Shown piece after piece: positions 37,920 through 55,865 of a stretch of DNA of 64,000 bases. Made by a program: the position numbers and the translations under genes. The first letter of the stretch is position 1. The number at the start of each line of letters is the position of its first letter. This DNA is from the human T2T-CHM13v2.0 reference genome, Homo sapiens. The stretch lies in assembly GCF_009914755.1 (NCBI RefSeq), contig NC_060942.1; one strand, given 5' to 3'. The notes beneath the pieces were generated by a model. That model was not told where the DNA came from, ran no database searches, and worked only from the letters and a program-made list of their open reading frames with translations.

Positions 37920-38374
37920 TAGATTCCATCATCCCTGCACCAGTTCGTAACTTCTGACAGATTCCACAATGCCAGGTCTTGAGAAATGGGAACCTGTATC
38001 TCATCAGGTTTCCTCCTTTAAAAGTTCAGATCGGCATTTTATCTTACTTTTTAAAAAGATCGAATTTGGTAATGTTCAAGAAATAAAAAACTTTTAGCCA
38101 ATTTATGCTGATCAGTATAAAGTTGTGTTTGACTTACAATAAATGTTAAGTTAAAACATGCTATCAAGCTTAAATATAATCATAAAGGTTTTAAATAGGA
38201 GAGAATACATATATTTTGTAGAATAGAAAGTTATCTTTGTATACCAAGTCCGGCTTCATACATATTTGAATATATATTTATGTGCGCGTGTGTATAGATG
38301 TTTATATACATCTACATATTATAATGATATTTTGGGCAGGGTGAAAGTTATCTCTGTACACTAAGTCCAGCTTC

Positions 38375-38407
<33 letters not shown>

Positions 38408-38522
38408 TATTCGAACATATATAGATGTATACACACACACACACACACACACAGACAAATATATAGAGAGAGTCTACTTGACCTGTCAGTTTGAGAGAAG
38501 TATATAATACAATACTGTAGAC

Positions 38523-39145
<623 letters not shown>

Positions 39146-39473
39146 TAAAGTTTCATCACGATAATATTTTTTTCATGGCTTTTTTTTTATCATCACCAAG
39201 TCACTCTCTGACTTTTTAAATTAAACGCCATATTATCTTTTCATGAATATTGCTATTTCCACTACTTTTATTTGCGTTTTCCTGAATAAATTATGGCTCA
39301 TCCCTTTACTTTCAACCCCTTAATACAGTTCCTAGTTCAACATTTCCACCACTACTGCCGCACGTAACTTAGCCTTCTGCAGATGTTGTAAAGCTGAATC
39401 CATTTCAACCACAGTTCTTTGTAAGCACGGGCAGAGTCGTGCTGTTAATAGGGAAAGCACCTTTTTTGGCCTC

Positions 39474-39825
39474 TCATCTTAGTCAGTTTTGGCTGCTACA
39501 ACAAAGTACCCCAGCGTGGTTTATAAACAATAGAAATATATTTCTCCGATTTTGGAGGCTGGAATTCTGAGATTGGGGTGCAGCAATGTCAGGTTCTGAT
39601 AAGGGTCCTCTTCTGGCTTGCCGGCTAGTTGTGCACTCACAAGAGGAAGGAGGGCATAAGAGCTCTTTAGGGTCCCTTTGGCAAGGTCACTAGTCCCATT
39701 GACAAGGGCTTCTCTCTCATGACCTAATCATCTTCCAGGGGCTTCACCTCCTCATACCATCGCAGTGGGGGGTTAGGGCTTCAACATATGAATTTTGGGT
39801 GGACACAACCCTTCAGTCCATAAGG
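39474..39825 (-). mobile_element. MLT1A-family MaLR LTR
   Basis: TCTTAGTCAGTTTTGGCTGCTACAACAAAGTACC...TTCAACATATGAATTTTGGG. Confidence 0.82.
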
Positions 39826-40311
39826 CCTCACCTTGTGTACTGATATTGAGCTGTATTACTGAAAATTTGAGAATCTTGTATCCTACAATTTTCTGCTCTT
39901 AATGTATTTGTTGGACTTTAAGTAGAATACATTAGGTATAATATTCTTTTCAGTGGAATTATTTCTGATGTTTGATGCTGCCAAAGGAAAAAAATAGATT
40001 CTTTCTAACCCCAGTGAATAAGACACTTGATTTTTGAATCTGCTTGTCTGGGAAACAGGATGGGTACAGCAATGCTGCACTCAGGTGCAGCCCCACTCCT
40101 CCTACTTGCCTCTGATTTTGTGCTTAGGGCGAAAAGCTTCTGAGAATGCAGTCTCTAGAAATGAACACGGCTTCCGTGCACTGAAAATCTTACTGAAAAG
40201 CTCCTTTTGTTTCTGGGATATACCAGATGGAGTGTTCTCTGTACAAACAAACATTCAAAATCCTTGAGAAGAGATATGTAGGTTACAGTTTAACATTCAC
40301 TATCTCCACTA

Positions 40312-40713
<402 letters not shown>

Positions 40714-41690
40714 TTAATCTTGGGTAATGAATTGGAGGTGCCCTTCCTGGTCCCGCCCCAAGGGTCCACCCCTTCTGCTAGGACTGGTTTCCGCCCACTC
40801 ATCTGTCATCTTGCTCAGTTGTCACCTACACAAAGCCTTCCTTTCTTCTCCGCAGGCAGCGCTGACGGCTTCCTCTTCACTGTCCCCAGCTCTTTTTGTG
40901 TGCTACATTTAGAATGAAACAAATTGTTCTGTAATGATTTGTTTACATATCTGTCTCTCCCAGTAGGTGATGAGCTCTTTGGAGTCAGGGACCACATCTT
41001 CATCATTTTCAGACACCCATCTCCTTTTGTTGAAGAAATCTTTGAGTCTATTTTCAGATCTTTCTGAACTCCTTTTAGAGATCCCCATTGTCGGTAGCAT
41101 AAACTCCAAACTTCGCTTCTGTGCCTTGACACCCCCGTCAGACTGAATATTTACAGCTCTCCGAAGACTCTGGGCTCTCAATCCCCTTTCTTCTTTTACC
41201 AATAATGTTCCCTTTGCTTGGAATACATCTGCCCAAACACTAAACATCAACTACCCTTTCTTTGTTCTGGGTTAACTCTTCCTCATTCTCAAGATGGGTG
41301 AGAGCACACCCTGGGTGTTGCGACAGTATTCTGTGATTTTCCCAATATATCATTTAGCACTCGCTGTTATGATCACCCACTTACGAGTCTGCCTCGCCCT
41401 CGAGGCTGGATGGTGCTGGAGTTGCTGTATGCAGTTTCCCTGCCTCCTAGCAGAGGGCCTGGTACTCAGTCAATGTTAGTAGGATTATGTTTCTTACAAA
41501 AGCCGCATAAAATATCTTGAAGCTTCATAGTAATATAGAAAGAGTGTGTAATCTGAAATAGAAATATTGAGTTCTTGTCCAGATTCTGCTATTTACAACT
41601 GGGGAGGAAAATAAAATATAAAAGTTTGTCTACGTTTAGAAGAGCAGACATAAGTAAAGAAAACAGTGAAGAAACAGACAGGCTAGCTTA

Positions 41691-42211
<521 letters not shown>

Positions 42212-42942
42212 TCAAGCCTGAGGTTTATTTATTTGTACCTATGCCTGCTGTTTATTCCCTGGTGAAGCTGCTGGAACAAATCTGCGTCCGCCTCGTGTGG
42301 CCTCGCTGCATGGAAGGGAGACAGCAGAGCTCATGCTTTGGTGAGGCTTTCCACATGTTGGAAATGTGACAGCTGCCTGGACTGCTCGTCCTGGGCTTTG
42401 GCAACACTGACCACCTGTGTGTGAAGCAGCAGGTCATTCAGTGTCTTTGAGCCTCAGGATTTCTCTGTAAAAATGAGGATATATATTCACAATATGAATC
42501 TCAGACAATATTAGCTTTGAAGTTTTTAGATATAAAATTGTTTATGCCATCTGTCCATGGCCACTCATAGAATTAAATGAAGATCTAGGAGGGCAGGCGT
42601 GTGTCTGAGGCCCTCTGTGTCCCCATGGAGCTGTCCAACCTTGCTGTCACACACAGTCAGTGTTTTAAAATGGAATTGACTCCTTGACGATGTGCTGCCA
42701 TTTCTCTTTCAGTCTCTCTCTCATGGTTTAGATACCTCGAGCCTAGATGGCCAGGGCAGTGCATTGCGTGCAGTGCAGACAGATGAGCGTTCAAAAGGTG
42801 GCACGGTGGGGGCTCCTGGACATTGCATGGGCTCTGGAGTCAGAATGAATTCTGTCCTTGCTCTGTGTGACCTTCAGCAAGCCTTGTATTACTTCTCCAA
42901 ACCTCGGATTACTATCTGCAGTATGAAACTAACAAAGCACCA

Positions 42943-43231
42943 GGCGGAGTGCTGTGGCTCATGCCTGTAATCCCAGCACTTTGGGAGGCCGAGGTGGGCA
43001 GATCACGAGGTGAGGAGATCAAGACCATCCTGGCCAACATGGTGAAACCCCGTCTCTATTAAAAATACAAAAATTAGCTGGGCATGGTGGCAGGCACCTG
43101 TAATCCCAGCTACTCGGGAGGCTGAGGCAGGAGAATCGCTTGAACCCGGGGGGGCGGAGCTTGCAGTGAGCCGAGATCGTGCCACTGCACTCCAGCCTCC
43201 AGCCTGGTAACAGAGCGAGACTCCGTCTCAA

Positions 43232-43264
<33 letters not shown>

Positions 43265-43272
43265 AAGAAAAG
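42943..43272 (+). mobile_element. AluSc-like inserted in a MIR
   Basis: GATCACGAGG...GATCAAGACCATCCTGGCC; TSD AACAAAGC(A/G)CC. Confidence 0.92.
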
Positions 43273-43489
43273 AACAAAGCGCCTACCTCCTGCATGATGT
43301 GGGGAGTCTCTGGGCCGATGCATGTAAAGCACTTCCCTGCAGGCAACACCCCAGCATATTCAGCAGGCAGTGGATGCCGGTAACCCTGGCTCCTCAGTGA
43401 GTCCTGATGTGCACATGGGAAGTGGTTATTGTTATCCCTGCTTTGCATGTGAGGAGAATGAGCCTTTTCATTAAGTGGCTGATTTGGGA

Positions 43490-44481
43490 TTTTTTTTTTT
43501 TTTCTCAAGACAAGGTCTCACTCTGTCGCCCAGGCTGGAATGCAGTGGTACAATCATGACTCACTGCAACTGTAACCACCCAAGGGGCTCACCTTGCCCG
43601 CTGCCTAGACAGAGCTGATTCATCAAGCCAGGGGAATTGCAATAGAGAAAGAGTAATTCATGCAGAGCTGGCTGTGCAGAAGACTGGAGTGTTATTATTA
43701 CTCAGATCAGTCTCCCTGAGCATTCGGGGAGCAGAGTTTTTAAGGATAACTTGGTGGATGGGGGAAAGCCAGTGAGCCAGGAGTGCTGATTGGTCAGAGA
43801 TGAAACCACAGGGAGTTGGAGCTGTCTTCTTGCGCTGAGTCAGTTCCTGGGTGGGGCAGAGGGGCACAAGATCAGATGAGCCAGTTTATTGATCTGGGTG
43901 GTGCCAGCTGATCCATCAAGTGCAGTGTCTGCAAAATATCTCAAGCACTGATCTTAGGAGCAGTTTAGGGAGGGTCAGAATCTTGTAGCCTCCAGCTGCA
44001 TGGCTTCGAAACCATAATTTCTAATCTTGTGGCTAATGTTAGTCTTACAATCTTGTCCCCACACAAGAAGGAGGTCTGCTTTAGGAAAGGGCTGTTACCG
44101 TCTTTGTTTAAACTATAAACTAAATTTCTCCCAAAGTTAGTTCAGCCTACACCCAGGAATGAACAAGGACAGCTTGGAGGTTAGAAGCAAGGTGGAGTCA
44201 GTTAAGTTAGATCTCTTTCAGTGTCTCAGTGTCTCAGTCATAATTTTGCAAAGGCGGTTTCAATACCTCAGCTTCCCAGGCTCAAGTGATCCTCCTGCCT
44301 CAACCTCTCGCATAGCTGGGACTAGACATGTGGACAACCACACCCGGCAATGTTTTATTTTTTGCGGACATGGGGTTTCACTATATTGCCCGGGCTGCTC
44401 TCGAATTTCTGGGCTCAAAGGATCTTCCTGCCTCAGCCTCCCGAAGTGGTGGGATTATAGGCATGAACCACTGCGCCCAGC
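43490..44481 (-). mobile_element. AluJ split by LTR8 (pieces 43490-43570 and 44263-44481)
   Basis: Alu sequence resumes colinearly after the LTR. Confidence 0.88.
43571..44262 (-). mobile_element. LTR8 ERV1 solo LTR
   Basis: Minus strand starts TGAAACCGCCTTTGCAAAATTA and ends CCCCTTGGGTGGTTACA. Confidence 0.9.
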
Positions 44482-45012
44482 TTGATTTGGGTTTTGAACA
44501 CAGTTCTGTCCGACCCCTTGAGAGGAGCACTTTTCACAGTGCCATACTGAATGAGAAGTAATCCTTAAACTTAAGGGAATTCCTTTCGACTGTGGAGAAG
44601 CCATTGCCCTTCTTTTCTTCTTCCTTGCCTTCAAGGAAGTTCTTCTTTTGTACTAGAACCCCAATGTGATCAGGGCCTTTTTTCCTATCCATGGCCAGGC
44701 TCTCAGGGACAGTGATCCTATTTCCCCCAAGCATAAGTCCTGGTGAGTCTAAGTCAGCTGTAATGATAATGATCACATTGTCTCTGGGGAACAGGCTCAT
44801 GGCAGTTCTGGGGGAGTTGAGAGGAGGAGTCTTTGGGTCAAAAAATAAACACAGCTGGTAATGACCCAACAGAATGGTGGAGAGAATCTGAGTCCTTGAA
44901 GTTGCTGTGGATTTGTTTAATAAAACCATTCTGCAACCCACTACCCCACCTATTTTTATGTCACATAATAGGACTTTTTGTTAGGTGAGATAATACGATT
45001 CACTTAAAGTTA

Positions 45013-45325
45013 TTTTATTATTATTATTATTTTTTTTTTTTTTGAGACAAAGTTTCGCTCTTGTTGCCCAGGCTGGAGTGCAATGGTGCGATCTTGGCTC
45101 ACCGCAACCTCTGCCTCCCTGGTTCAAGGATTCTCCTGCCTCAGCCTCCCGTGTACCTGGGATTACAGGCATACACCACCATGCCCGGCTAATTTTGTAT
45201 TTTTAGGAGAGACGGGGTTTCTCCATCTTGGTCAGGCTGGTCTTGAACTCCTAACCTCAGGTGATCTGCTCACCTCAGCCTCCCAAAGTGCTGGGATTAT
45301 AAGGTGTGAGCCACCACACCCGGCC
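45013..45325 (-). mobile_element. AluSp
   Basis: TSD AAAGTTATTTT. Confidence 0.94.
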
Positions 45326-45362
45326 AAAGTTATTTTTAATTAGGATTTATTTTATATTTATT

Positions 45363-45709
45363 TGTCTGTCAGTATCCACGGGGGATTGGTTTCAGGACCT
45401 CCCTCGGATTCCAAAATCCGCAGATGCTCAAGTCCCTGGTATAAAATGGTGCAGTATTTGCACATAACAACCTACGCACATCCTCCTGTATACTTTAAAT
45501 CATCTTTAGATTATTTACAATGCCTAATACAATATAATTGCTATGTAAATAGTTGTTATACTGTATTGTTACGGAATAATGATTAAGGAAAAAAAGTCTG
45601 TACATGTTCAGTACTGTCACAACCATGCATTTTCTTTCGCAAATATTTTTGATCTGTGGTTGTTTGAATCTGTGGATGCAGAACCCAAGAATATGGAGGG
45701 CTAACTGTA
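45363..45709. mobile_element. MER2 (TcMar-Tigger)
   Basis: GGGGATTGGTTTCAGGACC...GATGCTCAAGTCCCT...GGAGGGCTAACTGTA. Confidence 0.9.
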
Positions 45710-46349
45710 TTTACAGCCAAAAGTATCTCAATGGATTGATCATCACAGGAATCAGTCAGGAGGGCTGATTAATGTCGTCAAATCTTTGAGGGATTTGTGA
45801 ACACCAGAATCACCATTTCAGATCTGCAATAGGCGATCTGTGAGTGAATTATGACCTTTTGGGCTTGGAGGAATGAGAGGTCATCAAGCCTAGTGTTTAC
45901 CAAATCTTTTTTTTTTTTTTTTTTTTTTTAATGACCTAGACTCAGAAGTCATAGAGCCTCCATTGAGCCATGCTTTATTGGTAAAGACAGTCATAAAGCT
46001 CTATTCAGGCTAAACGCAAAGAACACAGACCCTGCCACTCTATGGGAGGAGAGTTCATGTCACACTGTAGAAGAGTGTCTGCCACAGTGAACAAATTTTT
46101 ACCAATTTATGGTTGGATGACAACAATCAAATCAAATTATTTCTATTCGGAGGACAATTTAGAGGACAGTCCATTATTCTGAGCTGAAGTTCTGGTGCTA
46201 AAATATCTATATTTAGTGAAATGGTGATAATTGTATATCATTTTGTGATTCATTTTGTAAATGTACTTACTGTGCAAACATAAAATGCTGGTGACTTAAG
46301 GTCAGTCCCCAGGGTTTTGTGAAATTCAGAATTTGCCAATTTGATTGCA

Positions 46350-46640
46350 TCCACTTTTCTACTGAGTGTTGTGAGGACATTTGCAGCATTCCCCGTAGTG
46401 ATCATTTATTCTCTGGACACTCCTGGTGACCTCAGTCTCTCCCTCATTGAAAGATTTATCACTCTCATTGCCAACAATCCTTACCAGTGTAAAGTTCTTA
46501 CTGTCTGCCCTGCTGATCTGAAATCTTTCCTCTATTCATTTAACAGGCTTTCTACTTTCAGCACCCCACCATTAGGTCTTCCTTTTTTAGGTTGAACAAT
46601 CTTAATTCCTATACATATTCTTTATGTGACCCAGTCAGTA
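46350..46640 (-). mobile_element. Probable L3/CR1 fragment
   Basis: AAAGTTCTTACTG...CTGAAATCTTTCC and TAGGTCTTCCTTTTTTAGGTTGAACAATC resemble antisense CR1. Confidence 0.45.
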
Positions 46641-46672
46641 TATTGGGTTCCAGGTAAGCTTGTGTATAATGG

Positions 46673-47083
46673 TGATTATATAGCTTGAATGTTCGTCCCC
46701 TCAAAAGCTCGTGTTAAAATGTCATCCCCAGTGTTGGAGGTGGGGCCTGGTGGGAAGTGTTTGGTTAGAGGGGTGGGTCCCTCACAGATGGCTTGGTGTC
46801 TTCCCCCTGGTAATAAGTGAGTTCTTACTCTGTTAGTTCACGGGAGAGCTGGTGGTTTAAAAGAGCCTGGCATCTCTCTTTGGCTCCTCTCTCACCATGT
46901 GACATACATGCTCCCCCATTGCCTGCTGCCATGTTTGGAAGCTTCCTGAGGCCTCACCAGAAGCAAATGCCGGCACCACATTTCTTGTACAGTGTGAAGA
47001 ACCATGAGCCAAATAAACCTCTTTTTTAAATAAATTACCCAGTCCCACGTATTCCTTTTTAGCAACAAACGCCAATAAATACA
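46673..47083 (+). mobile_element. MSTB-like MaLR solo LTR
   Basis: CCCCAGTGTTGGAGGTGGGGCCTGGTGGGA; GAAGCTTCCTGAGGCCTCACCAGAAGC; AATAAACCTC. Confidence 0.87.
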
Positions 47084-47304
47084 GGTAGTATTACTCCAGT
47101 CTTATAGGATCTCAATAGTCTCAATTTGTTTATCCTGGAATTATGATCTTCAAGGTATCTGTTGGCTGTAAATCTGTGTTTTTCAATGCTGTCGACGCAC
47201 TTCTAGAGACACTACAGTTTGGTAGTGTTCTTCCTTAACAGGTGATTACAACAGAAAACATGTTCTGAGGAATACTGAACATAATGACTCTATACTACCT
47301 TTAA

Positions 47305-47626
<322 letters not shown>

Positions 47627-47832
47627 AATAAATAAACTATACTTCTATGAATATATCCTAAAACTCTTACTTCGAAAAAAACTATGTATGACATGGAGAT
47701 GGTACATATTAAATAGGTAATTAATTTTTTAAATAGCAAAATGAATAGCACATATTTTTATTTAATATAAAAATTAGAGCTTCCCATTATTCTGCTGTTT
47801 TCTGAGGAGTCTTCACATTAAGCTAAAGGTAG

Positions 47833-48405
<573 letters not shown>

Positions 48406-48536
48406 ATATGTAGTTAATTTTAAACCTACATTAAAAAAATGTAAGTTTTTAGTTTTCTTCAAGTTTTGTCTTTATGCAATTGAATATTTTTACCTTAAAT
48501 TTTCTACTTTACCTTTATTCCTATTTTAATCACTAA

Positions 48537-49277
<741 letters not shown>

Positions 49278-49289
49278 TGATTTTTGCTT

Positions 49290-49640
49290 CCTTTGCAAAT
49301 TTGACATAATCATCCTGTAAATCTTCATCTAAGTCATTAACTGAAATTCTGAGCAGGATGGGCTTGAGTACAGAATTCTGGCTCACTTCTCTGGCTGATT
49401 AACACTAACTGGGTGGATTTGTCCATGTGGCTTTAAGTGCACCTTAATGCATTACCATGTTAAATACCTTTTTGAAATTAAGACGTCCTAGGCTGGACAT
49501 CCTCCAGATTCTACCTGTCTATCTTTTCGTTGCCCAGAAGCCATAATATGTGAACTGGCTGACTTGTTTTTGGTGGTGATTTAAGGTTGCCAAGCAGGAG
49601 TTTCAGAGCCAAATGTTGCACATGTAATTCTAGAGTTTGG
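49290..49640 (-). mobile_element. Probable L3/CR1 RT-region fragment
   Basis: TCTTCATCTAAGTCATTAACTGAAATTCTGAGCAGGATGGG resembles the antisense CR1 RT segment (LFNIFINDLD region). Confidence 0.55.
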
Positions 49641-50155
49641 ACAGCTAAAAATTATCGGCAAATGTTTAACAACACATTTAACCACCAAACATGAAATGAA
49701 GTCATGGATGTTTGGGTGACAAGTGAATCAACCCATGGAACAGCTTGAAAAAAGAAAGAACCTAGTAATCCTAGTAATGTCAAGGGCAGGAGACAGAGGT
49801 GGGGACAGCTGAATTTTATTATTCCTGTGCCTCCATGAATGTCCATGCTGATATGGTCTAGGGAGACATAAAGACTTAAGTAGCTCTAGTTTAAACTGTG
49901 ATATTCTGATATGACATTTTCACATTCATCTTAGTATTCCACCATGTTCATAGTCCCAACTAGTTCTGAGTCACTCAGAATTAATTCCAGATTGATGATG
50001 GCTTTACTATGTTTTCAAACATTTAATTGATGAATTATCTTCACGGTATTTCTTAAGGCATGTCAAGTATTTATCAGAGGTTTTGCTTTTAGAAAAAAAT
50101 GAATCTAATGGTTAAAATTTTTTTTCCGTGAATTGTATCTTGGCACTTTATACCC

Positions 50156-50299
50156 TTTTTTTTTTTTTTTTTTTTTGTAGAGACAGGGTCTCACTATGTT
50201 GCCCAGGCCAGTCTCAAAATCCTGCCTCAAGCAGTCCTCCTGCCTTGGCCTTCCAAAATGCTCGGATTATAGGCGTAAGTCACTGCAGCTGGCCCAGCC
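50156..50299 (-). mobile_element. FLAM / Alu left monomer
   Basis: Single monomer with poly(T). Confidence 0.88.
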
Positions 50300-50487
50300 A
50301 TTTTTGTGATTTATTGGAAAAATATTGTTATGTATTTATAATAATAAGGTAAGAGGTCTGTCAGACACTGCTACAGTCACTTCTCTGTCTCTCTTTAGCA
50401 CTAGCCCAATATTCTGCATTGTTTTTGCACGCACCTGCACGTTAGAATATTGCTCTCTCTGTACTTTAGCACACAGTATTACTTTAA

Positions 50488-50807
<320 letters not shown>

Positions 50808-50968
50808 TCTTTCTTCCTTTTTAAAAAATTAAGTATATACGCTTCCATTTCTACATTCCAGAAAGAAGTAGCAGATACTCAGTAAATTTCTGTTAGCAAT
50901 TCTCTATTGTTTAGCAAAACTATAGTTTCATTATATAGCTTTATATAATTTTAATAAGACTGCATTAG

Positions 50969-51289
<321 letters not shown>

Positions 51290-51639
51290 TTAATGTAGTT
51301 TGCTATAGTTGCAAATTTTTTTTTGCTGACTTAATGTGTACTTGAGTTTAGGCGAGGAAGAGCTCTTTTTTGGTACCACCCTGGAGTTTTTTATTTATTG
51401 TTTAAATTTTTTTTATTTTTTGCACAATTTGTTTTTCCTACTTTGGATAAATTCACATCTACATGAATTTTTCATTTTTGTTTGTGTGATTTTCACGGTT
51501 TTTTCTGCTATTTGGATATTTCTAAGAGTTGAGTCATGTCCCTTAGGTTTTAAAAATTTATTTTTGAGGTTAAGTGTTTTCTTTCAAAAACACTTTATTT
51601 AATTTTAATCAGTCTCACGTGGGTTATCTCTATGGGCCA

Positions 51640-52100
51640 TTCTCAGACCTAATGCCATAACAAAGTTCCATCAGCTTGGTGGCTTAATACAACAGAAATG
51701 TATTGTCTCACCATTATGGAGTCCAGAAATGTGAAATGAAGGCGTTGGTGGGGGCATGCTCCCACTATAGCCTCCAGGGAAGAAGCTTTCTTTGCCTTCT
51801 GTAGCTTCTGGTGAATCCTGGCGATTCCTGGTGTTCCTGGCCTGTAGCTTCATCACACTGATCTCTGCCTCCATCTTCACAGGGCCATCTTCTTCATGCC
51901 TCCTCCATATCTCTGCATCCAGTTCTCCCTTTTTTTTCTCTTCTGAAGATGTCAGTCATTGGATTTAAGGCCCACCCTAACCAGTATGACCTCATCTTGA
52001 TTACATCTGCAAAGACCCTATTTCTAGATAGGGTCACATTCACTGGCACAGGGGTTAGGACTTCAACATCTTATCAGGGGACACAGGTCAAGTCACTACA
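51640..52100 (-). mobile_element. MLT1C-like MaLR LTR
   Basis: TCTCTGCCTCCATCTTCAC...GATTACATCTGCAAAGACCCTATTTC. Confidence 0.85.
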
Positions 52101-52184
52101 CTAAGTTACTTCATGCTAACTTAGTCACTACACTGTTATTTCATTAAAAAAAAAAAATATATATATATGTATATATGTATGTAT

Positions 52185-52477
<293 letters not shown>

Positions 52478-53065
52478 GAAAGTATTTTTACATAAGCTTT
52501 TAATGAGTTTAATGAAGTAAGCTTGATGATGAGACTATACTAAAAACAAAAACAAAATAAGAAACAAAGCAAAATGAAAACACACAATGCGGATGTAATC
52601 GATCGTATCCCCCTGCGTAGTTGCTGCCACAGTTAGGGCCCTAAGTATGTCATACGTCATATGACTTTTCATGTTAGTTTTACCTCTTATGTGGGTTTTT
52701 TGAGGGTAGAGGCTCCATCTTCCATTTCTTTTGTGACCTTTTAAGGATTCTTGCCCACTGCTTAGCACAGAGTAAATTCTGAGAAAAAACACCCACATTT
52801 TGATTAGTGGGTTGATATTTTAAAAAATGGGTGACCATATTCTTTGTGCTGCAGGGCAAGGGATTTATGTTTCCTGATATTGAAAACAGTCCAGTGCTTA
52901 GCTTAGGGATGCATTCTATGCTAACTCACTGACCCTGAGAAGTCTCCATTGTAAAACACATTGTAATTATACGTATCACTAAGAAGGAAAAAATGTTTTC
53001 AATTATACTTGCAAGGCATTATGAACATAAGATGCATTGTAATTTCAATTAAAAATAAAAACAAA

Positions 53066-53382
<317 letters not shown>

Positions 53383-53383
53383 T

Positions 53384-54533
<1,150 letters not shown>

Positions 54534-54684
54534 AAGGTGAATCCTAGTATTGGTGAGATATGGTATTTAAATAGAAAATAGTCTCTTTTTGTCTTTGCTA
54601 CCAAAAGACTGAGGAGGACTTTGGGCAGGATGGTGGTCTTTCCTAGGCCCCTGAGCCCACGGTGTGTTGGAGCCTAGGATTTTA

Positions 54685-54900
54685 TTTGCAGTAGTCTGGC
54701 GTATTGATTGAGCAAGGGCTTTGCAGTCTGAGAGGAGTGTATCAGCATTGTATCTTTAATGCTCGGAATCTCCATTTCTTTATCTGTGAAGATGGGACAA
54801 TAAAATCATCGTTCCAGGACTTTCTGTGAGGATCCAACGAGATAATCTAGGGGAAGAGTCCCATCTCAGCACTCAGTACTTAGGACACACGTATGAGTTT
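54685..54900 (+). mobile_element. MIR
   Basis: TTTCTTTATCTGTGAAGATGGGACAAT...TGTGAGGATCCAACGAGATAAT. Confidence 0.7.
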
Positions 54901-55057
54901 CTCCTTCCCTTCCCCATGCTCTCCTTGCTTCCTTCAAAAGCTCACAATGAAAAGGTGAAAAAGAACTTAGAGTAGATCATGACCTCAGAAATTTTAAATT
55001 CAGAAAACTTCTTAGGATGCTAAATAGAATCCTGTATGTCTCATCCCTCTTGGGTAT

Positions 55058-55865
55058 TGTGTTGGTTTCCTGCTGCTGCTGTCATAAATTACTGTAAGTT
55101 TAGTGTTTAAAAACAACACACATCTGGCCGGGCGTGGTGGCTCACACCTGTTATCCCAGCATTTTGGGAGGCTGAGGCAGGCAGATCACTTGAGGCCAGG
55201 AGTTTGAGGCCAGCCTGGCCAACTTGGTGAAACCCTGTCTCTACTAAAAAAATACAAAAATCAGCCGGACATGGTGGTGTACACCTGTAATCCCAGCTAC
55301 TCAGAAGCCTGAGACAGGAGAATCGCCTGAACCTGGGAGGTGGAGGTTGCGGTGGGCCGAGACCGTGTCACTGCCCTCCAGCCTGGGTGACAGAATGAGA
55401 CCCTGTCTCCAAAACAAAGCAAAACAAAAACAAAAGAACCCCACACATTTATTATCAAACTGATCTTGAGGACAGAAGTCCAGGCCACGTTCATTTCTGG
55501 GGGCTATAGGGGAGACTCTGTCTCCACTGTGTTTCCAGCTTCTGCATGCTGCCTGCATTCCTTGGCTCGTGGCCCTTTTCTCCATTTCGAAGGCCAGCAG
55601 TGCTACCTCTCTTTGTGCCTTTCTTTCATAGTCATAACCCTCTGGCTGACTCTGACTCCTTCTGTCTTTCTCTTTCATTTTTAAAGATTTTAAGGATGTT
55701 TACATGGGCCTAGCTGGATAATTCAAGATAGTCTTCCTAATTTAAGCAATCTGATTGGCATCCTTAATTCATCTGCAACTCCCCTCCGCCGTGTACCCTC
55801 ACATATTCACAGCTTCCAGAGATTAGGACATGGACATTTTGGAAGCCATTGTTCAGTCTATTACA
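55058..55865 (-). mobile_element. MLT1D-like LTR, split by an AluS (55126-55437, +)
   Basis: CTGCCTGCATTCCTTGGCTCGTGGCCC...GATTAGGACATGGACATTTT; Alu TSD CACACAT. Confidence 0.82.

Noticed and set aside
40745-40870. GC-box CCCGCCCC and strong-looking acceptor TTCTTCTCCGCAG
   Set aside because: Lies in L2-like sequence, not a CpG island, and has no matching donor or ORF
44534-44941. 135-aa minus-strand ORF
   Set aside because: Overlaps degraded old LTR-like (MLT1K/LTR33-type) sequence; no domain recognised
52091-52145. Short direct duplication AGTCACTACACT...TTCAT, and similar 7-20 bp duplications at ~23962, 43191, 44219, 48215 and 53885
   Set aside because: Ordinary slippage-type micro-duplications
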